Source: Flavobacterium sp. (lineage in GTDB: Bacteria > Bacteroidota > Bacteroidia > Flavobacteriales > Flavobacteriaceae). From it: DNA of 64,000 nt. Location: the NCBI GenBank assembly GCA_043744095.1, contig JAYTVI010000080.1, forward strand, positions 12,280 through 76,279, given 5' to 3'. Below are positions 10,520 through 20,797 of the stretch, piece after piece. Below the pieces are notes generated by a model, which saw nothing but the letters and a program-made list of their open reading frames with translations, was not told the origin of the DNA and made no database searches. Position 1 is the stretch's first letter. Each line of letters begins with the position of its first letter. The translations under genes were made by a program, and so were the position numbers.

Positions 10520-11404
10520 TTATTTCAAGCTAAAACTTGATTTAGAAACTAGTTCGCCTTTGTCAAAAACATTTACAAAATAAGTACCTTTTTCAAAATC
10601 TTTTCCAGGCAAATCTTGAGTCACATTCACAGATTGGTTTTCGTATTGTACTACCGTAGAAAAACTATATGTCAACGATTTATCTGCAAAAGTTTCTGTT
10701 TTCTTTTCTCCCAAAACATTGTTTTTACTATCAATTACTTGTACATAATAGGTTTTGTCGCCTGTTTTTGCAACTTTATTTTCTGCAATTGTAAAACTAA
10801 TTTTCAAAATATCTGCACGTCTAGCTTTTTCAGTTTCAATTTGTTTACCAGAACTTCTCATCTTGTAAGCAGCCGTTTTCAAATTAGAAACCGTTAATTT
10901 TGATGCAATTTCTACTGTTTTAGTTAATTCTTCGTTCTGACCAACTAAGACTTCGTTGTATTTTTTGGCTTCTCCGAGAACCATTACTGTACTATCACGC
11001 TGTGTAGTAAGTGTTGCATTCTCTTTCTTTAAAACCTCAACTTCTTGCATCAACCCTTTCATTTTGGTCTCTAGAGCAAAATATTGGTTTTTGTATTTTG
11101 CCATTGAGGCAACATCACCTTTTGATTTTTTTAAATCAGAAATTAAATTAGCTACTTTTTCTCTCTCAGCTATTAATTCTTCAGACATTGAAGTGTTTTC
11201 AGCAATTGCTGCATCATAAGTAGCTTTCAATTCTTCTAAATCTTTCATTACAGATTCTTTATCTGTTTTTGTAGTTGTTAGCTCTGTTTGAAGCGCTTTT
11301 GCATCAGAGGTCATTTTGAAAATATATACCAAACTTCCGACAAGAAGTAAAGCTAATATTGCAATAACCGCTTTTAAATTTGAATTGCTTTTTTGATTTT
11401 CCAT
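10520..11404 (-). CDS. Membrane-anchored coiled-coil protein, conserved hypothetical
   Basis: N-terminal TM, long heptad coiled coil, beta-rich C-terminal domain. Confidence 0.7.
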   Translation of the reverse strand: MENQKSNSNLKAVIAILALLLVGSLVYIFKMTSDAKALQTELTTTKTDKESVMKDLEELKATYDAAIAENTSMSEELIAEREKVANLISDLKKSKGDVASMAKYKNQYFALETKMKGLMQEVEVLKKENATLTTQRDSTVMVLGEAKKYNEVLVGQNEELTKTVEIASKLTVSNLKTAAYKMRSSGKQIETEKARRADILKISFTIAENKVAKTGDKTYYVQVIDSKNNVLGEKKTETFADKSLTYSFSTVVQYENQSVNVTQDLPGKDFEKGTYFVNVFDKGELVSKSSFSLK

Positions 11405-11499
11405 AAGTTTTTTTATATTGTTTTAACAAAAATAATAATATTTAAGGTAATAACGTAAGTTTGTATGATTATATTACTTTTGTATGTTAATTTTTTTTT

Positions 11500-12567
11500 A
11501 TGGATCGAATAATTTTATTTTCAAATACTGATTTAGCCAAAATAACCAACCATAGAAGTGGTGAAATAAAATTTGGTGAAAAAATGTTTACTGTACCAAA
11601 AAACACAGACCCAAAAGACTTTATTAAAGATTGCCCAGCTCGATATGTGTTGATAGGAATACCCGAAGATATAGGAGTTCGTGCAAATTTTGGTCGTCCT
11701 GGTGCTGCTTCTGCTTGGGAAAGTGCCATAAAAAGTATTGCCAATATTCAATACAATCAGTTTTGTAAAAGAAATCAAATGCTAATTTTAGGACATCTGA
11801 ATGTTGCTGATGAAATGGCTGCTGTAGAAAATTTAAATTTTTTAAATATAGCTGATAGAAAAAAATTAAGCGAATTGGTGGTAAAAATAGATAAAGAAGT
11901 AGCGCATATCATTTCTGTAATAATAAAATTGGGTAAAATACCAATAATAATTGGTGGTGGCCATAATAACTCCTACGGAAATATAAAAGGTGCTGCTCTA
12001 GCTAAAGGAAAACCTATCAATGCAATAAATTTTGATGCTCATTCTGATTTTAGAATTTTAGAAGGAAGACATAGTGGTAACGGTTTTTCATATGCCTATG
12101 AAGAAGGTTTTTTAAATAAGTATTTTATTTTTGGCTTACATGAAAATTATACTTCAAAAAAAGTTTTAAGTATCATTAAGAAAATAAATCAACGGGTTCA
12201 ATTCAATTCCTATGATGAAATTGCAATAAGAAAAGAAAAAGATTTTGATTCTGAAATGTCAAAAGCTTTAAACTTTATTAATACAGATTGTTTTGGTATC
12301 GAAGTAGATCTAGATGCAATACCCAATATTCCTTCAAGTGCAATGACCTTAAGTGGTTTTTCGGTTGAACAGTTGCGTCAGTTTGTTCACTTTTTTGGAA
12401 AAAATAATAATGCTACCTATTTGCATATTTGTGAAGGAGCACCAGAATTGGGTGACGAAAAAAATAATCAACTTGTTGGCAAATTAATTGGTTATTTGGT
12501 TACAGATTTTATGAAAGCAAATGATCCGACTGAAGGAATTATAAACAATATGATTGTTCAGTTTTAA
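11500..12567 (+). CDS. hutG: Formimidoylglutamase (arginase family)
   Basis: GVRANFGRPGA, GGGHNNSY, NFDAHSDFR, HSGNGF. Confidence 0.88.
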   Translation: MDRIILFSNTDLAKITNHRSGEIKFGEKMFTVPKNTDPKDFIKDCPARYVLIGIPEDIGVRANFGRPGAASAWESAIKSIANIQYNQFCKRNQMLILGHLNVADEMAAVENLNFLNIADRKKLSELVVKIDKEVAHIISVIIKLGKIPIIIGGGHNNSYGNIKGAALAKGKPINAINFDAHSDFRILEGRHSGNGFSYAYEEGFLNKYFIFGLHENYTSKKVLSIIKKINQRVQFNSYDEIAIRKEKDFDSEMSKALNFINTDCFGIEVDLDAIPNIPSSAMTLSGFSVEQLRQFVHFFGKNNNATYLHICEGAPELGDEKNNQLVGKLIGYLVTDFMKANDPTEGIINNMIVQF

Positions 12568-12648
12568 CTGATAAAATTCACTTGAATTAATAACCTATCT
12601 TTGTGCCCAATTTCAGAATTTAAAAACTGAAAAATTAAAACACGTAAT

Positions 12649-13902
12649 ATGTTATTTGAAGATTTATCACTTTCTAAAAGTATTCAAAAAGCCGTTTTCG
12701 AAGAAGGCTATACCGAAGCAACCCCAATACAAGAACAATCAATTCCTATTGTTTTATCAGGAAAAGATTTAATAGGTTGTGCACAAACTGGAACTGGAAA
12801 AACAGCTGCATTTGCAATTCCGATTATACATCAATTGCACAGAATTGTTGGTTCTACTAAAAAAGCTAAAACTATACGAGCATTAGTCATTACTCCTACA
12901 CGAGAATTGGCAGTTCAAATTGGTCAGAATTTTGACCGTTACGGAAAATATACCAACTTAACACAACTGACTATTTTTGGTGGTGTTTCACAAATTCCAC
13001 AAGTAGATGTTCTACGAAAAGGAGTAGATATTTTAGTTGCAACTCCAGGACGATTATTAGATTTACACAAACAAGGTTTTATTGATTTAGACCATTTGCA
13101 TACTTTGGTTTTAGACGAAGCCGATCAAATGCTCGATATGGGTTTTGTAAACGATGTGAAAAAAATCGTGAAACTTACGCCCAGTAACAGACAAACATTA
13201 TTATTTTCGGCAACTATGCCTATTGCCATTCGTGAACTTGCAGAAATGTTTCTGAAAAACCCAGCAACAGTTTCGGTTTCGCCCGTTTCTTCTACAGCTG
13301 AAAAAGTAGAACAACGAGTTTATTTTGTAGATAAAACCGAAAAAAGAAATTTATTATATCATTTAATTCGAAATGAAAAACTAGCTGACGTATTGGTTTT
13401 TTCGAGAACCAAACACGGTGCTGATAATGTTGTTAAAGCATTAAGAAAACACGGTGTTGCAGCAGAAGCTATTCACGGAGACAAATCACAATCGGCAAGA
13501 CAACGTGTTTTAGATGCTTTCAAAAACAAAGAAGTTGGTGTTTTGGTAGCAACAGATATAGCTGCACGTGGAATTGATATTGACCAATTGCCATTTGTTA
13601 TTAATTTTGATTTGCCAAATATTCCAGAAACTTATGTACATCGTATTGGAAGAACTGGTCGTGCAGGCAATGGCGGAATTGCAATTTCTTTTTGTAGTAA
13701 AGACGAAGAACCTTACTGGAAAGATATTATGAAATTGATAAAAGTTGATGTAACAACTATTTCTGACCATCCATATCCTTGGCATGCTGGAAATCCAGAT
13801 GCAGATGTTAAAACTCCTCCAAAAAATTCGAATCGCAGTGGTGGTGCTCATAAATCTAGAAAATCTGAGGCTTCAAAACAAAATAAAAAACGGTGGTATT
13901 AA
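12649..13902 (+). CDS. rhlE: DEAD-box RNA helicase (RhlE-like)
   Basis: AQTGTGKT, PTRELA, DEAD, SAT, HRIGRTGR; TATCTTTG promoter element at 12596-12603. Confidence 0.9.
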   Translation: MLFEDLSLSKSIQKAVFEEGYTEATPIQEQSIPIVLSGKDLIGCAQTGTGKTAAFAIPIIHQLHRIVGSTKKAKTIRALVITPTRELAVQIGQNFDRYGKYTNLTQLTIFGGVSQIPQVDVLRKGVDILVATPGRLLDLHKQGFIDLDHLHTLVLDEADQMLDMGFVNDVKKIVKLTPSNRQTLLFSATMPIAIRELAEMFLKNPATVSVSPVSSTAEKVEQRVYFVDKTEKRNLLYHLIRNEKLADVLVFSRTKHGADNVVKALRKHGVAAEAIHGDKSQSARQRVLDAFKNKEVGVLVATDIAARGIDIDQLPFVINFDLPNIPETYVHRIGRTGRAGNGGIAISFCSKDEEPYWKDIMKLIKVDVTTISDHPYPWHAGNPDADVKTPPKNSNRSGGAHKSRKSEASKQNKKRWY

Positions 13903-13963
13903 GAAAAAGAAGTTTAATTTTATTTCAATCTAAGAAAATCGTAAAAATTTATTTTGAATTTAT

Positions 13964-16168
13964 TCAATTCATATTAATTTTTGCGATTTCTCTTTTTTGT
14001 ATGTGTTGGTAGATCATTCTGAATAATTTTTCAGGTTCAAATGGTTTTATCAAACAATCATTCATTCCTGATAATTCAACTTCTTCAGTGATTTCTTCTT
14101 TATCATAAGCTGTTAATGCAATAATTGGAGTATCAATACCAAGGCTTCTTATTTTTTTTGTTGTGTCGTATCCATTTATTATTGGCATACTTATATCCAT
14201 TAATATTACATCATAGGTGTTTGTTTCTAAGAAATGTAATGCCATAAATCCGTCGCTAGCCATATCACAAGGGATATTGTTCTTATCCATTATTTTTTGT
14301 GTAACCAATTGGTTTATTTTATTGTCTTCTACAACTAATATTCGTATCGGTTTCTCAAAAGTCATATCAAAATTAGTATTGACCAATCCTTCTTCAATAA
14401 AATTATTTCTAGTTTCAAAACCAATTGTAAAACTAAATGTGGTCCCTTTATTTAGTTCACTTTCTATTTGAATAGTGCTTCCGAATAATTCTATCAATTT
14501 CTTTACAATAGATAATCCCAACCCAGTTCCTTGATAATCGTTTTCTTTTCTTTCTACTTGAACAAACTTATCATAAATATTCGCTTGATCACTTAAAGCA
14601 ATCCCTACACCATTGTCGCTAACTTTAATTTCAATAAAATGCAAAAACTCTTCAGTCTTTATTTGATTTACAATAAGTTTTACTGTTCCGTTTGTTGTAA
14701 ATTTTAAAGCATTACTTACTAAATTCATAATAATTTGTGAAAGCCTAAGTTTGTCTCCAATCAAAACATTTGGAATATTTTTGTCAATACTAACTTCTAT
14801 TGTATTGTTATGATTAGTCGCAATAAAATTTACTGAATTTATTATCGTATTTATTTCGTCTTTAAGAACAAATGGTGAAGATATCAAAGCCAATTTGTTT
14901 TCTTCCATTTTATTCATTTGCAAGATATCATTAACAAGAGATAATAAATATTGAGCTGAGAATTTTAATGAATTTAAATATGGACTCTCAGCCAACTCTT
15001 TGTGTTCGTCAGTGATAATATTGGTAATTCCTACAACACCATACAAAGGCGTTCGCAATTCGTGAGTGATAGTAGAAACAAATTGTGTCTTTAATCGTGA
15101 AGCTTCCTCTGCTTTATCAATCGCCAATTGCAAATCAATATTTTTTTGAATCAGTTCCTTGTTTGTCTTTTTTCTAAAGGTGATGTTGCGATATAAAGAA
15201 AAAATTAAAAGTAATAAAATCAAACTAATAACAAAAAACAATATAGTTATTGTTTTAGTTTCTTTAAGTTTTTGCAATTGCTTTTCATTTTCTAATTCGA
15301 TGCGTTCAAGTTGTACTTTACTTTCATCTAATTCTATCTGAATTGCAGTTTTTTCTAAAGCTGTTTTATTTTCATCAGAATAGGTAGTATTATTTAACTG
15401 TTTAAATTTGTTTGTATATGATTTTGCTAAAGCTTCTTGGTTGTATTTTTTATAATGTTCTGCAAGGTTTTCATATGCATTTATTAAAAAACTACTTAAA
15501 TTGTTTTCGTTTGCAATTGTAATAGATTTTAGCAAATAAGCTTCGGCTAATTTAGGATTATTAATGTTACTATTATATATTCCTAACAAACTGTTTAGTG
15601 TAAATTTTGCCTCTGCTTCGCCTTTGTTTTCAACATATTTCTGAACATTTTTTATATAAACAATACCTTGATCATATTTATGTAACGAAAAATAGGCACT
15701 TGCAATATTAAATTTTGTGTAAGCAATTTGTACACTATCTTTTCTTGTAATTGCAAAATCAAGAGATTTTTTATAAAAACTTATTGCTTTGTTTACATCT
15801 ATATTGGTATAATAATAAGCACTTCCTAGATTGCCATAAATCCAGTTTTTTAATTGTTCGTTATCTGTATTATTAGCATGTTGTAACGCTTTGTTATAAA
15901 ATTCTATAGCGCGTTTTGACTCTGAAAATTCATCATAAATTACACCTATTGAATTGTAACTATGAGCTATTAAATAATCATCATGAATTTTGAATGCTCG
16001 AACCAATGCTTTTTTAGACAAATCTAATGCTTGGTTATATTCGGCATTACTATAATAAAAACTTGCTTTATTTATTTGGTTTTCAATACTTTTTTTCTCA
16101 TCATCTAATGTTTGTGAAATGCCATTAAAGACAAAAAAAAGGAGAAGAACCGTAATTATATTTTTCAA
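13964..16168 (-). CDS. Hybrid sensor histidine kinase/response regulator with periplasmic TPRs
   Basis: TPR repeats, TM, ITHELRTPL, NLVSNALKFT, GTGLGL, receiver VEDN...LMDISMP. Confidence 0.92.
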   Translation of the reverse strand: MKNIITVLLLFFVFNGISQTLDDEKKSIENQINKASFYYSNAEYNQALDLSKKALVRAFKIHDDYLIAHSYNSIGVIYDEFSESKRAIEFYNKALQHANNTDNEQLKNWIYGNLGSAYYYTNIDVNKAISFYKKSLDFAITRKDSVQIAYTKFNIASAYFSLHKYDQGIVYIKNVQKYVENKGEAEAKFTLNSLLGIYNSNINNPKLAEAYLLKSITIANENNLSSFLINAYENLAEHYKKYNQEALAKSYTNKFKQLNNTTYSDENKTALEKTAIQIELDESKVQLERIELENEKQLQKLKETKTITILFFVISLILLLLIFSLYRNITFRKKTNKELIQKNIDLQLAIDKAEEASRLKTQFVSTITHELRTPLYGVVGITNIITDEHKELAESPYLNSLKFSAQYLLSLVNDILQMNKMEENKLALISSPFVLKDEINTIINSVNFIATNHNNTIEVSIDKNIPNVLIGDKLRLSQIIMNLVSNALKFTTNGTVKLIVNQIKTEEFLHFIEIKVSDNGVGIALSDQANIYDKFVQVERKENDYQGTGLGLSIVKKLIELFGSTIQIESELNKGTTFSFTIGFETRNNFIEEGLVNTNFDMTFEKPIRILVVEDNKINQLVTQKIMDKNNIPCDMASDGFMALHFLETNTYDVILMDISMPIINGYDTTKKIRSLGIDTPIIALTAYDKEEITEEVELSGMNDCLIKPFEPEKLFRMIYQHIQKREIAKINMN

Positions 16169-16201
16169 TTATTCAAATTTTATTAGCAAATAATCAACCA
16201 A

Positions 16202-17896
16202 TTAGCCTCTAATCAGTTTTCTGTATTTCAATCGCTTAGGGGTTAAATCTCCACCCAATCGTTTCTTTTTGTTTTCTTCATATTCTGAGAATCCGCCTTC
16301 AAAATAATACACTTCTGAATTGCCTTCAAAAGCCAAAATATGCGTACAAATTCTATCCAAAAACCACCTGTCGTGAGAAATAACTACTGCACAACCAGCA
16401 AAATTCTCTAGTCCTTCTTCAAGTGCTCTCAATGTATTGATATCCAAATCATTGGTTGGCTCATCTAGCAAAAGTACATTTCCTTCTTCTTTTAATGTCA
16501 TTGCCAAGTGCAAACGGTTGCGTTCTCCTCCAGAAAGTGTGGCAACTTTTTTGTTTTGATCGCTTCCCCCGAAATTAAAACGTGACAAATAAGCTCTCGA
16601 ATTTACTTGTCGTCCTCCCATCATTATTAATTCTTGACCATCACAAAAGTTTTCCCATATTGATTTATTGACATCTATATTAGAATGTGCTTGATCTACA
16701 TAGGCAATTTTAACTGTTTCTCCAATTGTAAATTCACCTGCGTCAGGTTTTTCTTCTCCCATAATCATTCTGAAAATAGTTGATTTTCCAGCACCATTGG
16801 GTCCAATAATTCCAACTATTCCAGCTTGAGGTAAGGTGAAATTTAAATTATCATATAATAATTTTTCGCTAAAAGCTTTAGTAACTCCTTTTGCTTCAAT
16901 AACATTTGTTCCCAAACGTGGACCATTTGGAATGTATATTTCTAATTTTTCGTCAAGTTCTTTTTGATCTTCGTTTAATAATTTATCATAGTTCTGCAAA
17001 CGTGCTTTTTGCTTCGTTTGACGGCCTTTGGCTCCTTGACGAACCCAATCTAACTCTCGTTCTAGTGTTTTTCTGCGTTTTGAAGCTACTTTTTCTTCTT
17101 GCTCCATACGTTTTGATTTTTGATCTAACCAAGAAGAATAGTTTCCTTTCCACGGAATACCTTCTCCTCTATCCAATTCAAGAATCCAACCTGCAACATT
17201 ATCAAGGAAATATCTATCGTGTGTTACCGCTATTACAGTTCCAGCGTATTGTGCCAAATGTTGTTCTAACCACAAAACACTTTCTGCATCTAGGTGGTTG
17301 GTTGGCTCATCTAATAATAATACATCTGGTTGTTGTAACAACAAACGACATAATGCTACTCTACGACGTTCACCACCTGAAAGATTTTTGATAGGTGTAT
17401 CTCCTTCTGGAGTTCGCAATGCATCCATTGCAATTTCTAGTTTGGTATCTATTTCCCAAGCACCAAGAGCATCTATTTTGTCTTGTAATGCTGCTTGACG
17501 ATCCATCAACTTATCCATTTTATCGGGATCTGAATAGTTTTCTTCAAGACTAAACAAATCATTTATATTATTATATTCTTCTAAAACAGACATAGTTTCT
17601 GCAACTCCTTCTCGCACAATTTCGATAACTGTTTTAGAATCGTCTAAAATTGGTTCTTGTTCTAAATATCCTACAGTATATCCTGGTTGAAAAACAACAT
17701 CTCCTTGATAATTTTTATCAACACCTGCAATGATTTTCAAAAGAGAAGATTTTCCAGAACCATTCAAACCAAGAATTCCAATTTTTGCTCCGTAAAAGAA
17801 GCTCAAATAGATGTTTTTCAAAACAGGTTTATCTGCACCTTGATAGGTTTTACTCAATTTTTGCATTGAGAAAATTACTTTCTTATCGTCTGACAT
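16202..17896 (-). CDS. ettA: Energy-dependent translational throttle protein EttA (ABC-F)
   Basis: Two ABC domains, LSFFYGAKIG, GNYSSWL, YIPNGPRLG. Confidence 0.95.
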   Translation of the reverse strand: MSDDKKVIFSMQKLSKTYQGADKPVLKNIYLSFFYGAKIGILGLNGSGKSSLLKIIAGVDKNYQGDVVFQPGYTVGYLEQEPILDDSKTVIEIVREGVAETMSVLEEYNNINDLFSLEENYSDPDKMDKLMDRQAALQDKIDALGAWEIDTKLEIAMDALRTPEGDTPIKNLSGGERRRVALCRLLLQQPDVLLLDEPTNHLDAESVLWLEQHLAQYAGTVIAVTHDRYFLDNVAGWILELDRGEGIPWKGNYSSWLDQKSKRMEQEEKVASKRRKTLERELDWVRQGAKGRQTKQKARLQNYDKLLNEDQKELDEKLEIYIPNGPRLGTNVIEAKGVTKAFSEKLLYDNLNFTLPQAGIVGIIGPNGAGKSTIFRMIMGEEKPDAGEFTIGETVKIAYVDQAHSNIDVNKSIWENFCDGQELIMMGGRQVNSRAYLSRFNFGGSDQNKKVATLSGGERNRLHLAMTLKEEGNVLLLDEPTNDLDINTLRALEEGLENFAGCAVVISHDRWFLDRICTHILAFEGNSEVYYFEGGFSEYEENKKKRLGGDLTPKRLKYRKLIRG

Positions 17897-17932
17897 TTTT
17901 TTTTATTTTAAATAAATTTTATTTGATATTTT

Positions 17933-18115
17933 TTAAAGCCTTCCTTTAAGGGAACTAAACACCCAAGCATTTGCTAGAAACCCAACACCTACTGCTGCAA
18001 AACCCCATCCTGCTATATCATCATATCGAAAAGCTCCAAGACCTATTAACAATAATCCCATTACTATCATTATTAATGTTGCCCAACCTAGTATGGTATT
18101 TTTATTTGTTGCCAT
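17933..18115 (-). CDS. Small two-TM conserved membrane protein (CAL67264-like)
   Basis: NKNTILGWATLIM...GWGFAAVGVGF; position next to ettA recalled from flavobacteria. Confidence 0.7.
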   Translation of the reverse strand: MATNKNTILGWATLIMIVMGLLLIGLGAFRYDDIAGWGFAAVGVGFLANAWVFSSLKGRL

Positions 18116-18214
18116 TGTTTAATTATTTTTGAGGAATGCAAATATCGTTAATTTATAATGAATAGAAATAGTTGTGAATAAAAAAATTGGAATATTATAG
18201 AATACTATAAATTA

Positions 18215-19219
18215 TTAACTAAAAATACCTATCAACATTTCTTTTAATAAATCATTATTGGTCATTGCATTGGCACCAACACCTTTGCTTTTTATATCAA
18301 TACTTCGCAAAGTTGCAACAATAGCACTTACTTTTTTCATTGGATAATTTCTTAAAGCTACATCATAATCCTTCAAGAAAAATGGACTTATACCTAATGC
18401 AGGTGCAACTGTTTTTGGGTTTTTATCTTTTAATCCGTGGTATTTTAATAATTTTATAAAAAAGGTAAAAATTAAGCTAGTAGTTACAACCATTGGATTA
18501 TCTTTTGGATTGTCAGCGAAATATTGTGCAATTTGATATGCTTTTAATTGGTTCTTAGTTCCTAGTGCATTTTGCAATTCAAATACATTAAAATCTTTGC
18601 TAAAACCAATATTTTCTTCGATATGCTTTGCAGTTATTGCACTTCCTTTTGGTAATATAATTTGTAACTTTTCGAGTTCATTGTTTATTTTACTTAAATC
18701 ATTTCCTAGAAACTCTACTAGCATTGCATTTGGTTTAGGTTCTATAGTATAACCTTTTCCCTGCAAAACTCTTGTAATCCATTGTCCAAGTTGATTGTCA
18801 TATAGCTTTTTACTTTCATAAACTAATCCATTTTTTTCAAGAAGCTTGGTTACTTTTTTTCTTTTATCAAGGGTTTTGTATTTATAGCATATTACCAATA
18901 CAGTCGTCGCCATAGGATTTTCGGCATATGATTCTAGTTTTTCTATAGTTTTACTCAAATCTTGTGCTTCTTTGACAATTACGACTTGACGTTCTGCCAT
19001 CATTGGGTAGCGTTTTGCAGTACCAATTATATCCTCTATCGTCACATCTCTTCCATAAAATACAGTCTGATTAAAGCTTTTTTCATCTTCAGTTAAAACA
19101 TTTTTTTCGATATAATCGGATAGTTTATCAATATAATAAGATTCTTCTCCCATCAAAAAATAAATCGGTTTGATTTTTCCTTTGTTTATATCTTCTACTA
19201 TTTTAACGACATCATCCAT
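18215..19219 (-). CDS. holA: DNA polymerase III delta subunit
   Basis: KPIYFLMGEESYYID, AKRYPMMAERQVVIVKEAQ, ENIGFSKDFNVFEL. Confidence 0.92.
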   Translation of the reverse strand: MDDVVKIVEDINKGKIKPIYFLMGEESYYIDKLSDYIEKNVLTEDEKSFNQTVFYGRDVTIEDIIGTAKRYPMMAERQVVIVKEAQDLSKTIEKLESYAENPMATTVLVICYKYKTLDKRKKVTKLLEKNGLVYESKKLYDNQLGQWITRVLQGKGYTIEPKPNAMLVEFLGNDLSKINNELEKLQIILPKGSAITAKHIEENIGFSKDFNVFELQNALGTKNQLKAYQIAQYFADNPKDNPMVVTTSLIFTFFIKLLKYHGLKDKNPKTVAPALGISPFFLKDYDVALRNYPMKKVSAIVATLRSIDIKSKGVGANAMTNNDLLKEMLIGIFS

Positions 19220-19277
19220 ATTAAGAAAGCAATTATTTTTGAGTTGGCAATTGGGCTAATTTGACTATTTTTGTTTT

Positions 19278-19724
19278 ATGCAAGAGTTAAAATTTAATAA
19301 GTATTCTTTTCGATTCAAAAATAGTGAAAATAAAGTGGCTATTTTTGATGAAATTAGGAAAAAATTTATAATTCTTACTCCTGAAGAATGGGTTCGTCAA
19401 CATGTAATACAGTTTTTATTAAAAGAAAAAAAATATCCAAAATCGTTGATTAACGTCGAAAAAGTACTGAAAATAAATGGATTAGTCAAACGTTATGATG
19501 TTGTTGTATATAATTCTAATGGTTCGATTCAAATTATTGTAGAATGTAAAGCTCCAGAAATAAAAATTGCACAAAACACGTTTGATCAAATTGCAAGGTA
19601 TAATCTAGCCTTAAAATCAGAATTTTTAATGGTTACCAACGGATTGAATCATTATTTTTGCAAAATGGATCTTGAAAATCAAAAATATCTTTTCTTAAAT
19701 GATTTACCAAATTTCATCATATGA
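19278..19724 (+). CDS. Stand-alone type I restriction enzyme HsdR N-terminal domain protein
   Basis: TPEEWVRQ, RYDVVV...VECKAP, QIARYN, TNG. Confidence 0.88.
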   Translation: MQELKFNKYSFRFKNSENKVAIFDEIRKKFIILTPEEWVRQHVIQFLLKEKKYPKSLINVEKVLKINGLVKRYDVVVYNSNGSIQIIVECKAPEIKIAQNTFDQIARYNLALKSEFLMVTNGLNHYFCKMDLENQKYLFLNDLPNFII

Positions 19725-20797
19725 GATACAGTCAATTCATCGATAAAAGCAAGATAGGTTTACACCTCACAATTATCGCTTTTATTACATCCATTATAAT
19801 GAAACCAGCTTTATGGTTATCTGACACTTCATTTCCATTAGTACCTATTTTTGATAATTTTCCTAATCCATCAATGCTAGTAAGTAAAATAGTTTTGGTG
19901 TTTTTTTTAGTTTTATTACTACTATTTTTTATTTCTCAGAAAAAGTTGATTGCTATATTACTACTATCACTTGTCACCTATCTTTTTATAATTGATATTA
20001 ACAGGTTACAACCTTCCTTTTATATAATGGCATTATTACTATTTTGTTATGCTTTTCAAGAATCTTCAAAATTTTCAAACCATTTAGTGCTTTTGCTTTT
20101 TGCAGCAGTATATTTCTGGAGTGGCGTTCATAAATTAAATATTTATTTTCTAGATGTTTGGCTCAACGGACTTAATAATAGAATTCCGTTTGTTCCTTAT
20201 TTTTTAAGAGTTGGTTTTACTTATTCAATTCCGATATTGGAGGCAAGTTTTGGATTGTCATTATTATTTAAAACAACCCGAAAAATTGGTTGTTTGCTCT
20301 TGATTTTGATGCATTTGATTATTTTGACTGCTTTCTTTTTTATGAAAACAGGAAGCAATGTTGTACCTATAAATTTATTGATGATTGGAATATTATTTAC
20401 TGTCATATATTCTGTAAATGATAGTTTTAATGACATTATACCTTTTTCATCCCAAAAAGCAATTCTAATTATAGTGGTTTGGTTACTTCCTTTTACGAAT
20501 TTTTTGGGTTTTTGGGATCATTTTGTATCGTTTAGTATTTTTAGTGGAAAACCAAAATATGCCTATATTGTCATAAACGATGCGAAACTAGAAAAAGAAC
20601 TATCAAAGTCTTTCAAACCATATATTATGGATTATAACAATCAAAAAATCATAAGTATAAGTGGCTTAGCATATGATAAAAAAGGGATTATGATTTATCC
20701 TGAAACTAGAGTTTATGAAAAAATTAAAGATTATTTTGATTCTTTTTCGAGTGCAAAAGATAAAAAAGCAACTACATTAGTAGAATTTAAAAGATGA
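19721..20797 (+). CDS. Polytopic membrane protein, HTTM/DoxX-like
   Basis: DINRLQP, VYFWSGVHKLN, EA..G..L...TR motifs; 4-bp overlaps with both neighbours. Confidence 0.55.
   Translation: MRYSQFIDKSKIGLHLTIIAFITSIIMKPALWLSDTSFPLVPIFDNFPNPSMLVSKIVLVFFLVLLLLFFISQKKLIAILLLSLVTYLFIIDINRLQPSFYIMALLLFCYAFQESSKFSNHLVLLLFAAVYFWSGVHKLNIYFLDVWLNGLNNRIPFVPYFLRVGFTYSIPILEASFGLSLLFKTTRKIGCLLLILMHLIILTAFFFMKTGSNVVPINLLMIGILFTVIYSVNDSFNDIIPFSSQKAILIIVVWLLPFTNFLGFWDHFVSFSIFSGKPKYAYIVINDAKLEKELSKSFKPYIMDYNNQKIISISGLAYDKKGIMIYPETRVYEKIKDYFDSFSSAKDKKATTLVEFKR

Noticed and set aside
19278-19724. HsdR N-terminal gene as a restriction-modification system
   Set aside because: No hsdM/hsdS or helicase domain is present; as I recall, this stand-alone gene next to holA is common in Bacteroidota.
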